A DNA stretch of 64,000 bases from Marsupella aquatica (Eukaryota > Plantae > Marchantiophyta). Below, in pieces: positions 37,925-50,700 of the stretch (positions are counted from its first letter, which is position 1; each line of letters opens with the position of its first letter). The stretch lies in contig OZ316894.1 in the NCBI GenBank assembly GCA_973895155.1, positions 8,208,234 to 8,272,233 on the forward strand, given 5' to 3'. The notes beneath the pieces were generated by a model. It searched no databases and was not told the origin of the DNA. It was given only the letters and a program-made list of their open reading frames with translations. A program made the position numbers and the translations under genes.

Positions 37925-40900
37925 ATGGCGACATCTTGGATTATTGTCGGTGAAACCGTAGGTTTGTGCATATCAAATAAAATGGTTGCGAAGGGTATCA
38001 TTCAAAGTGTGGATCCATCTCGGATTTGCCATAATGTTCCTCTTGGGCCTCTTCAAGTTCTTGTTACTTTGAAAGAAGTATTTGATGGGGAAATTCAATG
38101 GGATCATGGTGAAAGCTTGGCTGACATGATAGGATCTTTTCTAGTCTGGAAAAAAGGTCAACTTCAGCAACTTGAAATGGTTACTAGATACCTACCTAAT
38201 ACCTCATACAAGAATGGAGCTTCAACGAGCAATGGAAGTGATACCAGCCAACCAGAGATCTCAAATGAGAATGAAGCTCAAGGAAACCAACCGGAGTGGT
38301 CAAATGAGAATGGAGTTGAATCTAGTGGAAATCCTCTTCGAATTTCATCCACAAGTTTATGGATGGGAATGGTTGTTAAAGTACTTGATGAAACACATTT
38401 TGCCTTTGCCATTGCAAGAGTAATGGCTGTTAATCCAGAAGTGACATTGGGAGATACTACTCTTCGAAATACACATGTGGGAATCTTGATTGATGAATAT
38501 ATTCAAGGTGCAACCAATGATCACCTGAAACATAGAGATTGTTTGAGGGCATGGCCATTGGATAGGCTCGTCACAAGTAACGGAAGGCTATTAGCCTCAT
38601 TTTTTGTAGATGCAGAGGAGGAGGATCTAGATGCTTCAAGTCGAAAGAGATCATACATTCCAATAACCAGAAAAAGAAAACAACCTTCTCTTTCTTTGTC
38701 AAAGAAAGACAAGTCCCTTTCCAAAGAAGATGTGGAGGAAATCAGAAAACAGAAATGTTGCCTTCGTCAGTGCTGCCATCTTCTTGACCCTCATGTGGCA
38801 AGGGGGATTAGGGAGAACTATTGGGAGAAATCATTTGAGATGCGAAAAGAGTATGAGATCAATGCTATTGTCAATATATTGGAACTATCTAATACTGAAA
38901 AACTAATCATCATTGAAGGGAAGGCAATATGCTTGGAGGGCATGGAGGATTTTGCACTCCAAAGGGCGAAGTCAATTCTATGAGCTCAGAAAGGCTGTGG
39001 GTAATGGGGTGAGGATAGCTTATCATGGAAACCAAGGAAAGAGAAGGATAACTGAACGAGTTTCTCAAGCCTATATGTCATTGCATGGGTTGATTGATGA
39101 GTGCGCAGATCTTCATCATGCAAAAATGAGGACGACTGCAGACAAGTCTCGACAAGTTTTAAAGGAGCTACCTACAAGTTATACTTGGGAAAGTATTAGG
39201 AACAAGCTCAATGCTACAAATTTAGAGCTTGGTCTTCAACCAATCTCCCAGTCCACATTGAGTATTTTACATCAAAAGTACTTCAAGGAAGTGACGATTC
39301 ATAAGAAAGGCAATAACTTTTCCAAGTGTACAACTTGTAGTGAGTTGATGCAACGGAAAGCAAATCTGACCGGTGTGAAAGAAGAGATTGAGATTTTAAA
39401 GAGGGATGAAATCGCTCATCATCGTGATCATACTGAAGGCAGATTATTATATCACTCTTGGAGACGCCAGTCTGTTGATAATCCAAAACAGGTCTTATGC
39501 ATAATTCATGATAAAATGGATCATTGTAAGACTGCACTACCAAGGATGCCCTTTTGTCCGAAAGAAGTGGATGGTGCGATTAAACTTCCAATTACCTTGA
39601 CTGGTATTTTGACTCATGGCCATGGTCCAAAAGCTATTGCTCAATATAATGTTGGAGTGTGGGCACCTGATGCCAATGCCACAATTGGTTCACTTGACAC
39701 AATACTTCGAATGTTGGAAAATCCAGAACCGATGATCAAATCTTTAGTGGAAGGGCCAGATTCCACAAAACTATTTGAAAACTTGCTTGAGGGGCAAGGA
39801 CCTATATTGGAGGGAAAACTTCGTGAAGCATTTAAGGACGAAATATCAAATCTAGGTAATTATTTCACTTCAATGCAAATAAGTGTTGTTATTTTTATGC
39901 CATATTCAGTATCAACCATGCTTCCTTTGTAAGTGATGTGACCTTCCAAGGTGTCAACCAGAGTTCATTGTCAGTTGACATAAAGATTGTTATTATTCGC
40001 TCATGTGAGAGTCATTTTCTTAGGATATATCCTTGTTTGTTATTTTATGTGATAAGTGCAAACCATGGTTCATTGATAGTTTATTTCAAAGTATGAACCA
40101 TTTTTTATTGTTAGTTTATTTGAGAGCACAAACCATGGTTCATTGTAACTAGCTTATTGAAAGTGTGACCCATGGTTTGTTGTTAGTGTATGCAAAACTT
40201 AGTGAGAACCATGGCTTGAACCGTTAACTATTTATTTCAGACTCGAAACTATAGTTCATTTGAGTTTATGTTCATAAATCGTTGCCCATGATGGTATATT
40301 ATTGGTTATTCTATATGTCTAAGAAAATATGTAGGCTCTATGAAAATGTTTTGGCTCTAAATTAATTATTGACCCTAATATATATGGTTCTTAAATTTTT
40401 GCAGCGAAGTCACACTCATTGGATGCGTCTACTACCTTCAAGCCTCTTCCAAGAGTTTTGAAGTTACAACTTGACAATTGTGCAGGAGATAACAAAAACA
40501 TATATGTGTTGGGTTATTTGTCCCTACTGACGGCAAGAGATGTTTTTGAAGAGATTCATCTGGGATTTCTCATGGTCGGACATACTCATGAGGATGTTGA
40601 TGCTATGTTTGGCCATTTCTCTGAAAGTTTAATGCGTAACCCAACCTATTCTTTGGCAGATCTAATGTCATTGTTAATGGGGGCAAGGACTCCACATCCA
40701 GTTCCCCATTTCGTGCAAGAGGTGCCCGATTTTAAATCATACTTGGAACCATACTTGCTTAAAGGAGGGGACTCATTGGTGGGGCATTTGCAACCACGAC
40801 TATTTCGATTGTATGTGCGTGATGATGGTATGCCATGCCTTCAATACAAAATGAAATGCCAAGAGGATGATTGGCTCCCAAGAGAAGGTATTGAGATGTG

Positions 40901-41702
40901 GTCGTGGACGGATGATAATAGTCCAAAACTTCCCGTAGGAGAACCAAAAAGATTACCAATGATAGAAATGGCCATGGTAGAGGAGGTGCGACAAGGACTA
41001 CATAAGCAAGTGAAATTTTTTAATTTTGTCTGCAATCGAACTACTTCAGAAGAAGGAAAGGGTAGATGGGTGGCACTGATACAATACTGGAATCAAATTA
41101 TCCATACTTTGGAGACAGAGGCGGTGCAATATAGATCTGGAGAGGAACACTTGGTTCATGGATTTTGGCCCATGTCAAAATGGAGAGATAGTGTTCCTTT
41201 GCAATACCGCAATGTGGCATGTGAGTTGGATGCAAAGATTGGGTATGTGGGACCAAGGAAAGACAAACCTCGTGAAACTTTTAACCCAAGGGTAGATATC
41301 ATGAAAGATAATTATATCTTGGTTCGGCCAGACACAGCTGACCTAGATATTTACCCAATTTATTTGGGCAAAGTGATTAGTAATGTGGAAGAAGGAGAGT
41401 TGAATGCCAACAATCAACTTGAACATGTGTGTATTGTGGAGTGGTATAGACCTTACATGCTAAGAAAACGTGGTCAGCCAGAATATGAGCCACGACAGCG
41501 GTGGTTAGATTGTTGGAATCAACAATGGGAACGTGATCCAGGGTATTCCACTGAGACAATAAGTGTGAACACTGTACTATGGTGTTTCAAGGGACGGACC
41601 ACAGCCAAAAGTGGCTTAGTTAGAATAGCAAAAAGTCATGCAATGAAAGCAAGAGACAATTTGAATAGATGCTTAGAGGATGAGGCAGCATCAACTTCAT
41701 GA
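37925..41702 (+). pseudogene. Transposase A: DUF7869/Sola-like RNase H-fold DDD/E transposase with N-terminal TnpA-like domains, CxxC motifs and a C-terminal BAH/Tudor-like region; one frameshift
   Basis: KCCLRQC, FSKCTTCSEL, IIHDKMD, LQLDNCAGDNKN, FLMVGHTHEDVDAMF; phase-consistent intron 39856-40404; +1 frameshift ~38933; superfamily label from memory. Confidence 0.75.
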
Positions 41703-42166
41703 TACTTAGACAGTGTAGTTTTATTAGTAGAAGGATAAGTAATTGTAAATCATCATCATCACCTTGTTATTTGGTTGATTTGACATATTAAAAAGGGGAG
41801 AGCAATTCTTCAATAAAATTCTTCTCTTCAACAATCACAAGAAAGCAACCTAGCATTGAATGATTTCCATATGTGGATGGTTATTCATGACTGGATCATG
41901 GATTATGCATTTCACTCTTACTAGTAAATTTATGCACATTAATGTGATTGCACACCTTGTACCACTTTATTCATTATTGGACCATGGATTGTGCATCTTT
42001 CATTCTAAATTGTGCATATTACAATAATTCTAATTATGACAATGTGTACCAATATATATGGTTTTTTGGTACATGCAAGTGTTAACTTAGTAATAATGAA
42101 TTTATTTTGCTTAAATATGATTTAATTGTAATTTCAATCAATCCAAATTTCACTAATTGTCCAGTT

Positions 42167-43711
42167 TTATCTAAATAGGGGTTTTGAGTTGTTGACTATC
42201 CTATGGAACATGCTGGTTCCTGGGTGTCCCAATCTCATGTGCCATGTCTCGGTGATATCTTTGGTTTCTACCCCTAGGTTGTAACTTTGGTTTTGAGTGA
42301 TGTAGAACCCTGAAGGGTGGGGAGAGATGGTTTCTCTAATGATTATCCCTCCTTCTGAGTGTGATGTTAGTTGCAATACTTCTTGTGAGTTTTGGGTGTT
42401 TGTTTGGATATGGTAGTTGTTGGCTCTAATATCTTGGAAACTTAAAAGGTTCCTTCTTGCTTTGGGGGCATATATGGCAGATGGGCATCTGATTATAGTG
42501 CCTCCCGGAAGAGTTAAGGTAGCTCTTCCGTGGCCTTCTTCTATTTGGCTTTCTCCGGTTATGGTGATGATTTGCCTTTGTGAGGGGATAATTTTGTGGA
42601 AATATTTTCTATCTCGGAGGATAGTGTGTGATGTTGCGCTGTCTATGATGCATACATCTATATCCTCTAGGTCCATTGGGGGGTCTACCATATGAATTTC
42701 TGGTATAATCTCAGGTGATTCAAGGTAAACTCCATGGGTTTCATATTTTGATCCATCCAAACTTTGCTTGTAGAGTTTCACAAGATGGGCTGGGGCATGG
42801 CATACCTTTTGGGTGTGACCTTTTGTACCGCACCTGAAGCATGTGATTGAGCTGTTTGAGTTGTTTCTTGGCTTCTCTTGGTAGTTGTTGCGGCCTCGTT
42901 TCCATGTGTTCCTTCCTTGGGAGTTGTTTCTTCCACGGCCCCTTCCTCGGTTGCTGAATCTGCTGGATCCTCCTCTGTAGGAGTAGTTTGATCGTCCTCG
43001 CATCATTCCTCTTCCCCTATATGAGCCTCTCCCCCTGAATTTACTTGTATTTCTATCATAAGGTGTGGTCATGTTAGCTTCTTTTTGTTTCTCGTTTATG
43101 ATTAAGTTCGTCTCGGTTGTAGCAGGTATGGGGAGTGTACCCGGGGGTCTATCCTTTGCATTTGTCATGAGTAGGATTGAGTTTTGTTCTGCCAAGAGCA
43201 TGTGTGCTATTAATGCTGAGTATTTAGTGAATGCCATATTTCTATACTGGTTTGAGATTACTAAGTTTGTAGGGTGAAATGTTGCTAGTGTCTTTTCGAT
43301 TTGTTGTTTATCATTCACTGGTTCACCGCACATTTGGAGTTCGTTCGAGATGCGGAACATCTCGCTGTTGTATAAGTCTACCGTTTTGAAATCTTGCACT
43401 CTTAAGGTTACCCATGCTTGTAGCGCGTTTGGTAAGTTTATAGTTGTTATGTGTTCAAATCTCTCTTTCAATGCATTCCATAGGAGCCTTGGGTTGTATA
43501 TCGTCTTGTATTGTTGTTTTAATGGTTCTACTAAGTGGTGTCTTAGTAGGACTAATGCTTGTGCCTTCTGGTATTGATCCACCCCAATATCCGTATGTAT
43601 GGTTTCTGGGATCCTCTTTGCCGTGAGGTTGACCTCCACGTCTATTGTCCAATCATTGTAGTTCTTCCCGTCAATTCTCAGTGCTGGGAATAACAGTTTC
43701 TCCATTGCCAT
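42167..43711 (-). CDS. Copia gag-protease-preintegrase fragment
   Basis: FPALRIDGKNY..W..D...LRHHL...LW..LKERF gag; CFRCGTKGHTQKVC zinc knuckle; IIDSATSHTIL protease; WHMRLGHPG; stops shortly after. Confidence 0.9.
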   Translation of the reverse strand: MAMEKLLFPALRIDGKNYNDWTIDVEVNLTAKRIPETIHTDIGVDQYQKAQALVLLRHHLVEPLKQQYKTIYNPRLLWNALKERFEHITTINLPNALQAWVTLRVQDFKTVDLYNSEMFRISNELQMCGEPVNDKQQIEKTLATFHPTNLVISNQYRNMAFTKYSALIAHMLLAEQNSILLMTNAKDRPPGTLPIPATTETNLIINEKQKEANMTTPYDRNTSKFRGRGSYRGRGMMRGRSNYSYRGGSSRFSNRGRGRGRNNSQGRNTWKRGRNNYQEKPRNNSNSSITCFRCGTKGHTQKVCHAPAHLVKLYKQSLDGSKYETHGVYLESPEIIPEIHMVDPPMDLEDIDVCIIDSATSHTILRDRKYFHKIIPSQRQIITITGESQIEEGHGRATLTLPGGTIIRCPSAIYAPKARRNLLSFQDIRANNYHIQTNTQNSQEVLQLTSHSEGGIIIRETISPHPSGFYITQNQSYNLGVETKDITETWHMRLGHPGTSMFHRIVNNSKPLFR

Positions 43712-45147
43712 CTTGGGGCTAATATGGGCTCGTGAGGTGTCGGGTGGGTATAAGTTTCTATTGTGCACTTATTGTGGTTTGTAATCACTAGGAATGGAGT
43801 TTTGCACTTAGCTGTTTTTGTGTGGTATTTCTTCGATGGTAGACTTGTCCTTATGGTCTCAGGCAGATCGTCTTCGTTTGCTCACAGGGAGGAGCTCCTC
43901 CTTTGATTCATCTTCTCGGTCTCCCGGTTCTCTTTCTGATTCTTCCTAGTTTCGTTCTTATGGGTCTCCATTCGAATCTGGTTCAATGGGGTCGATCGTT
44001 CTTACGCCGTCTTATCGTCTCTGGGTAATTCGTGAATCGTTTGCTGCTGTTCTGCTGGTCAATTGCTCAAGGCACCATTTTCCTTTTGATTGCTGTTCCG
44101 TGTTTCCTTCTTGTTTGTTTCGCTCGGGCCTGAGTGCAGATTGTGCTCCTGTCCTTATGAGTCCCCTTGCTTCCCTGCAGCTTTCTTTTGGTATCTACTT
44201 TTCTTCAGGTCTTGTCCCGGTATTGTTAGATTCTTTCTTCTTCGGTGGGGGGAATTGGGAATCGCTGCTTTTCGTTTTTTTTTCAATATAGCGTTTCTGA
44301 ATCTGGGGATTTGTTTGTTTCGATTTTGAGTAATTACGATCGGATCCTGGTCCGGGCCTCGATTTTCTTCTTTTCCCTTCCAACGAGTTCCAGCTCTTGT
44401 TTATGGCTGAGGCTATTCTGCGTTCCTCTCCAGGTCCTGATCTTTGCTTTACCTTCGGGTTCGCGCTCCCTTCTATTGATTTCTCAATTTCTCTTATCTG
44501 TTTTTCAATTTCCCGTGTTTGGGGTTACTCCCAGATCGGTCTCTCCTGCTCTGCTGTCAATGTCTGTGTGACATCAGGTTTCGATCTGCGCTGGCCTGTC
44601 CTCCTTTGCTTTCTTTACTTCGTTTCTTTGATTACGACATTCCTTCTTGTCTGCTTCAATTTTGTCTTTCTCTCTTGTTTCCTTTCGTTTCAATTCATTT
44701 GCATTAGGCTGCGGCTGGCCCTTCGTGTTTCTGTTTTCTACTCGAGGTTTCTATCGAGAAATGGCCCTCAAATGTGGCCAAAAGTGCTCAACTTTTGGGA
44801 AAAACTCTTCGGATCTCCCCTTATGGTTTAGCACCTCTTCGTGAAAAAAAAATTTGCATTCGTGCTGATAACGTGTTGCAAACCATATACTCCAACAATG
44901 TAATGAATCTTATTCATGTGTCCAATATATATACATGAGGTAGTTGAGTTAGATCTTGGTTAGATCTTAACTCAGGTTAAGATATCTAATCCTAGTTAGG
45001 GTATAACATATAGTACTATTAGTTTAAAATTTAGGGTCCTCTATTGTCTATAGTAGCATGAGGGAATAGTCATAGATGAGTTAGATCTTGGGCAAGCTAG
45101 AGCTAGTCCAAGATCCAATCACGTTGGAAAATAATCTTATCTAAACA
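42167..45147 (-). mobile_element. Truncated Ty1/Copia LTR retrotransposon, Bianca-like: 5' LTR 44874-45147, PBS 44861-44873, gag-protease ORF
   Basis: LTR TGTTTAG...GCAACA followed by PBS CGTTATCAGCACG; integrase core, RT and 3' LTR absent. Confidence 0.85.
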
Positions 45148-47742
45148 GCGGGTGCTTTCTTAGTCGCATATCCTTGTGCATTGTACGTTTTTTGCCTATT
45201 GAACCAAGAAGATGTGGCCAGTGTGGGTTTTGCCTTTCAGGTCAGAGTAATTTAAGGGTAAAAACAAGAAGCCTTAAGGGATGAGTCCAAAGCCTTATTT
45301 CTCTTTTCAAAATCTTCATGATATTAAAAAATGTATACCAAAAAACCACCAAAAAATGGTATGTATTTTCCAAACTAGACTCAAGAGAATTTTACCACCA
45401 AAATCTAAGCATATCTTATATGATATTCTCACAATTGTATAAACCTTGAAATATGCACTTTATAAAAGTAATCAAAATCAAACTCATCGATCAGAGTTTA
45501 AGTCAAACTCAAAGTTTTACAAAATATAACCCAACTTAAGCCCAAGTGGTTTCAAATGCTACGAGTCCCTCTATTTATCTAGTCTAATCCAAAGGGACCG
45601 CTTCCCCTTCCTCGGTTCCGGAAGCCCCTGTCGTCAATTCTGGAACAATTGTGGCATCGTCAACCACGCTATCCTCTCCGGCCTGAGGAATGTCTTCCTC
45701 ACTCTCCTCATCCATCTCCCCCTGTCCGTCTTCCTCTTCAATGTTATCTGCAAGGTTAAGAATCCTCCCTTTCAACACACTGCTCTGTCGCTCGTCAATC
45801 TCAATGGCAACGCAATGTCTCCCCATGGCCAAGGAGGAGGTTGTCCCAGTCCCTGATCCTGAACAAATATCCAAAACCCAGTCTCCAACCTGACTAAAAT
45901 GACTCACTTCCCAATCTAACAATGCACGTGGTTTCTGATAAACATTCACTGCCTTGTTATCCCCGTTGTGTTTCAGCTTCTTAGTCACAGCTGCGCATAC
46001 AACCACATTGTTCCTTGATTCATTTGTGTCAAAATTGAAGTGCTCCAATGACCGTTTACCATCCTGGCTGTGAAAGCCAATTGTAAAGCACTCAAAGTTG
46101 TTGTTCAATCTTGGTCCACCAGCATTCTTCACATTATCCTTAACCCTGAAAAGTCACAAAAAGTCAAGGAGTTATTTAAACTGAGAAACATGGTTCATGA
46201 AATCATGAATAACTAATAGTTGTTTTTTTCAAAAACAAATATTTCTTACCACACAATTCTGGAACCCTCCATTACACTCCGCTTTCAAAACGGTCTTGAT
46301 GGCCTCATATTGGTCAAGGCTGTGGTGAATGATAATACGCCACAACTTTGCAGTAGTAGCCACCTTGAACGATTGGACCATTTTTGTGATCTCCTCAGTT
46401 CCCCATCCAATAGTGTCTTCATGAAGACATCCAGGCAATGCAAACCCGTAGGGAATATCCACTAAAGCTAATGTGTAAGCCCGACCCGGAACCACCTCAT
46501 GTAATCGCTGAGCATCATGAGTAAAAATATCATAGTGCACATCACCAAACTCTGGATGCTCAAACGAATTTGGATGAAGTTCCCCCTCTTGGGTTTGCCG
46601 ACTAGAAGTCTTCATGGATAGCCAATTTTGGGCTTGCACAATATGCGCATTGAATTTGTCCGGGAATGACTTGAGATCTTTGCCTTCCTCATCTCCCTTC
46701 TTTTTCCGGGAGGTGGTATCTTTCTACAAAAAGGAACTGTAGAATTAGAAACAAGGATTCCAAATATTAAATGAATTCAAACAATCATTCGAAGAAAGGT
46801 GACAGAATCTTACCCATGTTTGGAAAACAGGTACGAAATTCTTAAGCACATTGTCTGTGCAATGCTCAGGGTACTTGGTTTTACAACCTGACCAACTCTC
46901 CTCGTGTAGACACGTGAGGAAGGCCTTCTGCACCTGCATCTGAAATTTGTGTCGAGTAAATTCGTGACCCATTTCCTGTAAAGAGAGTTCTTTAGTAAGA
47001 ACTCTCTGTAACACTGGGCAAATCATATCAGGATCTTTCAAGGCCTGCATGTGTCTCCACTCTGTTAATTTCATGTCCTCATAAGGCAATTTGGCATCTC
47101 TAGACTTAGAGACTTTCTTCTTGCCCTTGTCTCCTTTTTGACCTTTGATCTCACACATCTCCCACTTGTCACAAATCTGCCTCACAAATGACCACACAGG
47201 ATCTTGTCGGAATGCCAACTGAAATAGGTTATCATTGGCATTAAGAACCTCAGCATCCTTTCGTACACCCCAATCCTTGAGATTGATTTCAGTAGCACAC
47301 TCTTTCTTGAAATCCTGGTTGGACGACAATCCATTCTCAACAAATCTCATGTGAATATAATTTACTCTCTGGATTGTCGTCATCTGTTGTCGAAATTCAG
47401 AATCAATATTGTGACTCCACGCCAGGTTTCTTGCCTCTTGCACACTCAATCCCGCAAATATCCAAGATTGCACTCTCCAAAATGCCTTGTTGTTAGGGAA
47501 CTGAAGAGCAAGGTCTGCTTTGGCACAGGCTGAATGGTTGCCCCCAATCACATAATAATGATAATCAGTTTTCCTTGAAAAATCAAAGTCTTGCCTAGTA
47601 GCACACTCCTTCGGATCCACCAAGAGGACAAACGGAGCTGCAAGTGGACTGGCACCTACAGTCTTCATCCGCAAGGTCAATTGGGTCAAGAAATATGGTT
47701 CGATGTGTCGGACCTGGTAAATGGGCAAGCCCACAACCTTCT

Positions 47743-50700
47743 TGTGGTGCGTCCCATGGCTCCCTGAACCCAAGAAACCCCCCAGCTCAAGCCGATTCCC
47801 GCAGGTTTCGTGCTTGGCGAGGCCGTTTCCGCGGCTTAGCGGCATGGGACGCTGCTAACCTTCTACTACTACTATTAACATTTTACACACATATACTGGA
47901 CAGATCCTTCATCGGGTCATGAGATACGTAGCCGGCCTAATATAGGCCTTCCCCTGTCTTCCCCTGTCTTCCCCTCCGTCTTGTTAGGTATGTTTGGATT
48001 CCGCCGCCAGAATGATCCCCAATAGGCTTGGTTAAGCCGCTAAGACCTCTCTTAGCTCGACACATCCAACTCTCACTCCCCTGCTTACTTTCCTTCCTTC
48101 TGTTGATGTGGGCACTCTTCACACAAGTTAATGCGACACACAAATAGCAAAATGACTCATTTTGACTGAGTCATACCATGCACTTGCCATACAAACAGTA
48201 CATCTCATACACAAGTTCTGCGAACTAAGCCGTGAGGCCAACTCTATTCAGCTCTTAGGCATGAGGAAACATGAATATACACAAGGGTCACTGTATGACT
48301 AACCGAGAGCTTCTCGTACTACTTGATCCCAGCCCGGCTGGTGCAAACTAAAAACTTGCTAAAGAAGAGGCCCTGAGCTCCCCGCTGCCCAGGTACTTAT
48401 CCTGGTAGTGGATCCGCCATTCTTTGCATCGTAAGCCTAATCTACTTAACAGTAATCTACTTGCCCGAATCTACCTATGTACAGCAAGGCAGGAGCACAA
48501 GTGTTGCTCCTACCAGTGGGACCGCAATCCCACTAAGCTAAGTGTCAGGGCCGCTCCTGGTTCTGATCCTAATCCTAAACGTGGAGATCCGCGCCCGCCC
48601 TGCCCACTCACGCCTCCTCCCTCCACGTCCGCCCTCCCTAAAAGGAACGGCGCCCTTGCACCGTCACGACACCGGTGGTGGATCCTTAATGGACGCCCCC
48701 AACGCTTCCTCCTCAGCCACTGCCGTAGGCTCATTCCCTGACAGATTACCTGCCCTTGACTGAGTCAACTCTCCATCGGCCTGACTGGGTCCACCATCGG
48801 TGTCGGCATCGGCTCGAGAATCGGTTACGGCCTCAGCCTCGGCTACGGTCTCCCCGGCCTGCTCAAGAGGCGGATCTGGAATACTGGCCTCCTTACTGAG
48901 TAGTTCGGCTTGGGCCGCACCATCCCTACCTGTGATCATAGCGGGATCTATTGCCGTATTCATGTCGGAGGATGGTGCTGGTTCTACCTCTTTGGTCACC
49001 ACGGCTTGTGGAGTCGGATTACTCCTTGACCCTGAAGGTTTCCGCTTTTTCTTCTTTTCTGGTTCGGCAGCTGGTCCCTTCCCCTTCCCACTTACCTCCG
49101 GCACTGGTGCAGTTGGCGCGGCTTTTTCTTCGGCCAGTACCACTCCTGGTAACTTGGTTGCCCCAATTGGAGTTGGGCCTGATGAAGACAAGCACCTAAA
49201 TACTGCGGCTTGTTTCTTCAGCCGCTCTGTTTGGTTGTCGGCCCGCCGCTGGAGGTTCTCCATCTTCCTCGTGATTTCCTCCAACTCCTCCTGGGTCTCA
49301 TCCAGGTCCTTGCGTGCCTCCTCTAGTTCCTTCTGGGCTTCCTCCCGTTCTTGTTTCAAGGTAGTCCTCTCCTCCTGGGTTGCTTTTAGCTCCTTGTCGA
49401 GCTCTGCAATGATGACAGACTCCATCTGGTTCATCTTGGCATAAGTCTGTTCGAGCATCTCGTCCTTCTCCCTTAGGTCGGCCTTGAAGCTGGCCGTTAG
49501 GGACGCAAGCTCCTGCTGCAGCGCCATAATCCCTTGATAGGATTTCCCTAACTCGGCCTCCTTCTGCTCAAGGGCTCCGCGGATTTTCTCGAGCTCCCCT
49601 TTCAACGCCCATTCCTTTCTTTGGGTCTCCGCCATGGTCCGGCTGTTGGCTGTTATGTGGGCCTCCTCTGTATTCTTCAGCTCTTGCTTCCACTTCTCCC
49701 TCTCTTTGATCGTGTCGGCCAACTCTTCCTGCGTCTGAGTCAGTTTATCCTTGATATTCTGATTATCAGCCTGCGCGGTGTCCAACTGCCCCTGCATGAT
49801 GTTCAGCTCATGTCGTTTAATCCGCAGTTCATCTTGGGCTTTCTTGGCCGCCCTTAGATCTTCAATCTCGGCTTCCATCCTCCTAAGCCGCCGAATGACC
49901 TCGTCCTTCTTGCTTCTCTCTAAAGCCACCGCTTCTTCTAATTGGTGCTTCTCCAACTGCTCCCTATGGAAAAAGGGTCCTACCTCCAACTCCTCTCCAA
50001 AGATGCCGAGCGCAAGTTCCCCACACATCTCACCATACTCCATGGCTCTATTCTTAGCGTAGGTGGAGTAAGTAGAAGTGATCGGCATCGCCCATCGCGG
50101 CCTCTGCTCCCAAGCCGTCCTGCGGATCTCTTCAATCGTGGCTAGAGGTTTGCTTCCTTTTTTGGCTAGCCGCCTGATGTCCTCCGGCCAATCTCCTCCT
50201 GGTAAATCCTTTTTCTTAGCCAGGGCGGCCTCCTCCTCCTGCTTGATTCGCTCCTGAAATTCCTGCATCGTCTGTTTTATGCCGTCGAAGCTCGGGGGAG
50301 CAACATCTGGTGGGGGAGACTCAGGGCTACTCTGCTGGTTGGGGTCCCCTCGCACTACCCTTGGAAGTGTGGGGACAAACCGGCCACAGGTCCTTACTCC
50401 TGGAACGTGATGGTCCGACCCATAGCCGGAATTATCATGGCTGCAGTCCTCCACTGCCTCCTCTACCTCTTGGACGTCCGGCTTCTCCCTCTCCTCTTCG
50501 TCGGTAGGAGCTTCAGGCAATTCTGCCTCAGATTCGGAGCTTGAGGTTCCCACGTACATTCGAACACCTGGCTTGGATTCCGGCCTGATTCTCTCCTTGT
50601 CTCCAGCAAAGGGGTTTTCTCTCGTGAGCCAGTGTAGGCCTACCTCTGTAGTAGTGTCCTGCATTGTTGCCGTTGCCGTTGTTGTTGCCGATGCCGATTT

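Noticed and set aside
41760-42177. Possible 3' LTR of the Copia (ttatctaaata similar to the LTR end; PPT-like aaaaggggagag)
   Set aside because: The match to the 44874-45147 LTR is only ~10 bp and there is no TSD.
46745-47845. 366-aa ORF as an independent gene starting at 47845
   Set aside because: Its first ~35 codons come from the inserted element; the true upstream sequence resumes at 52415.
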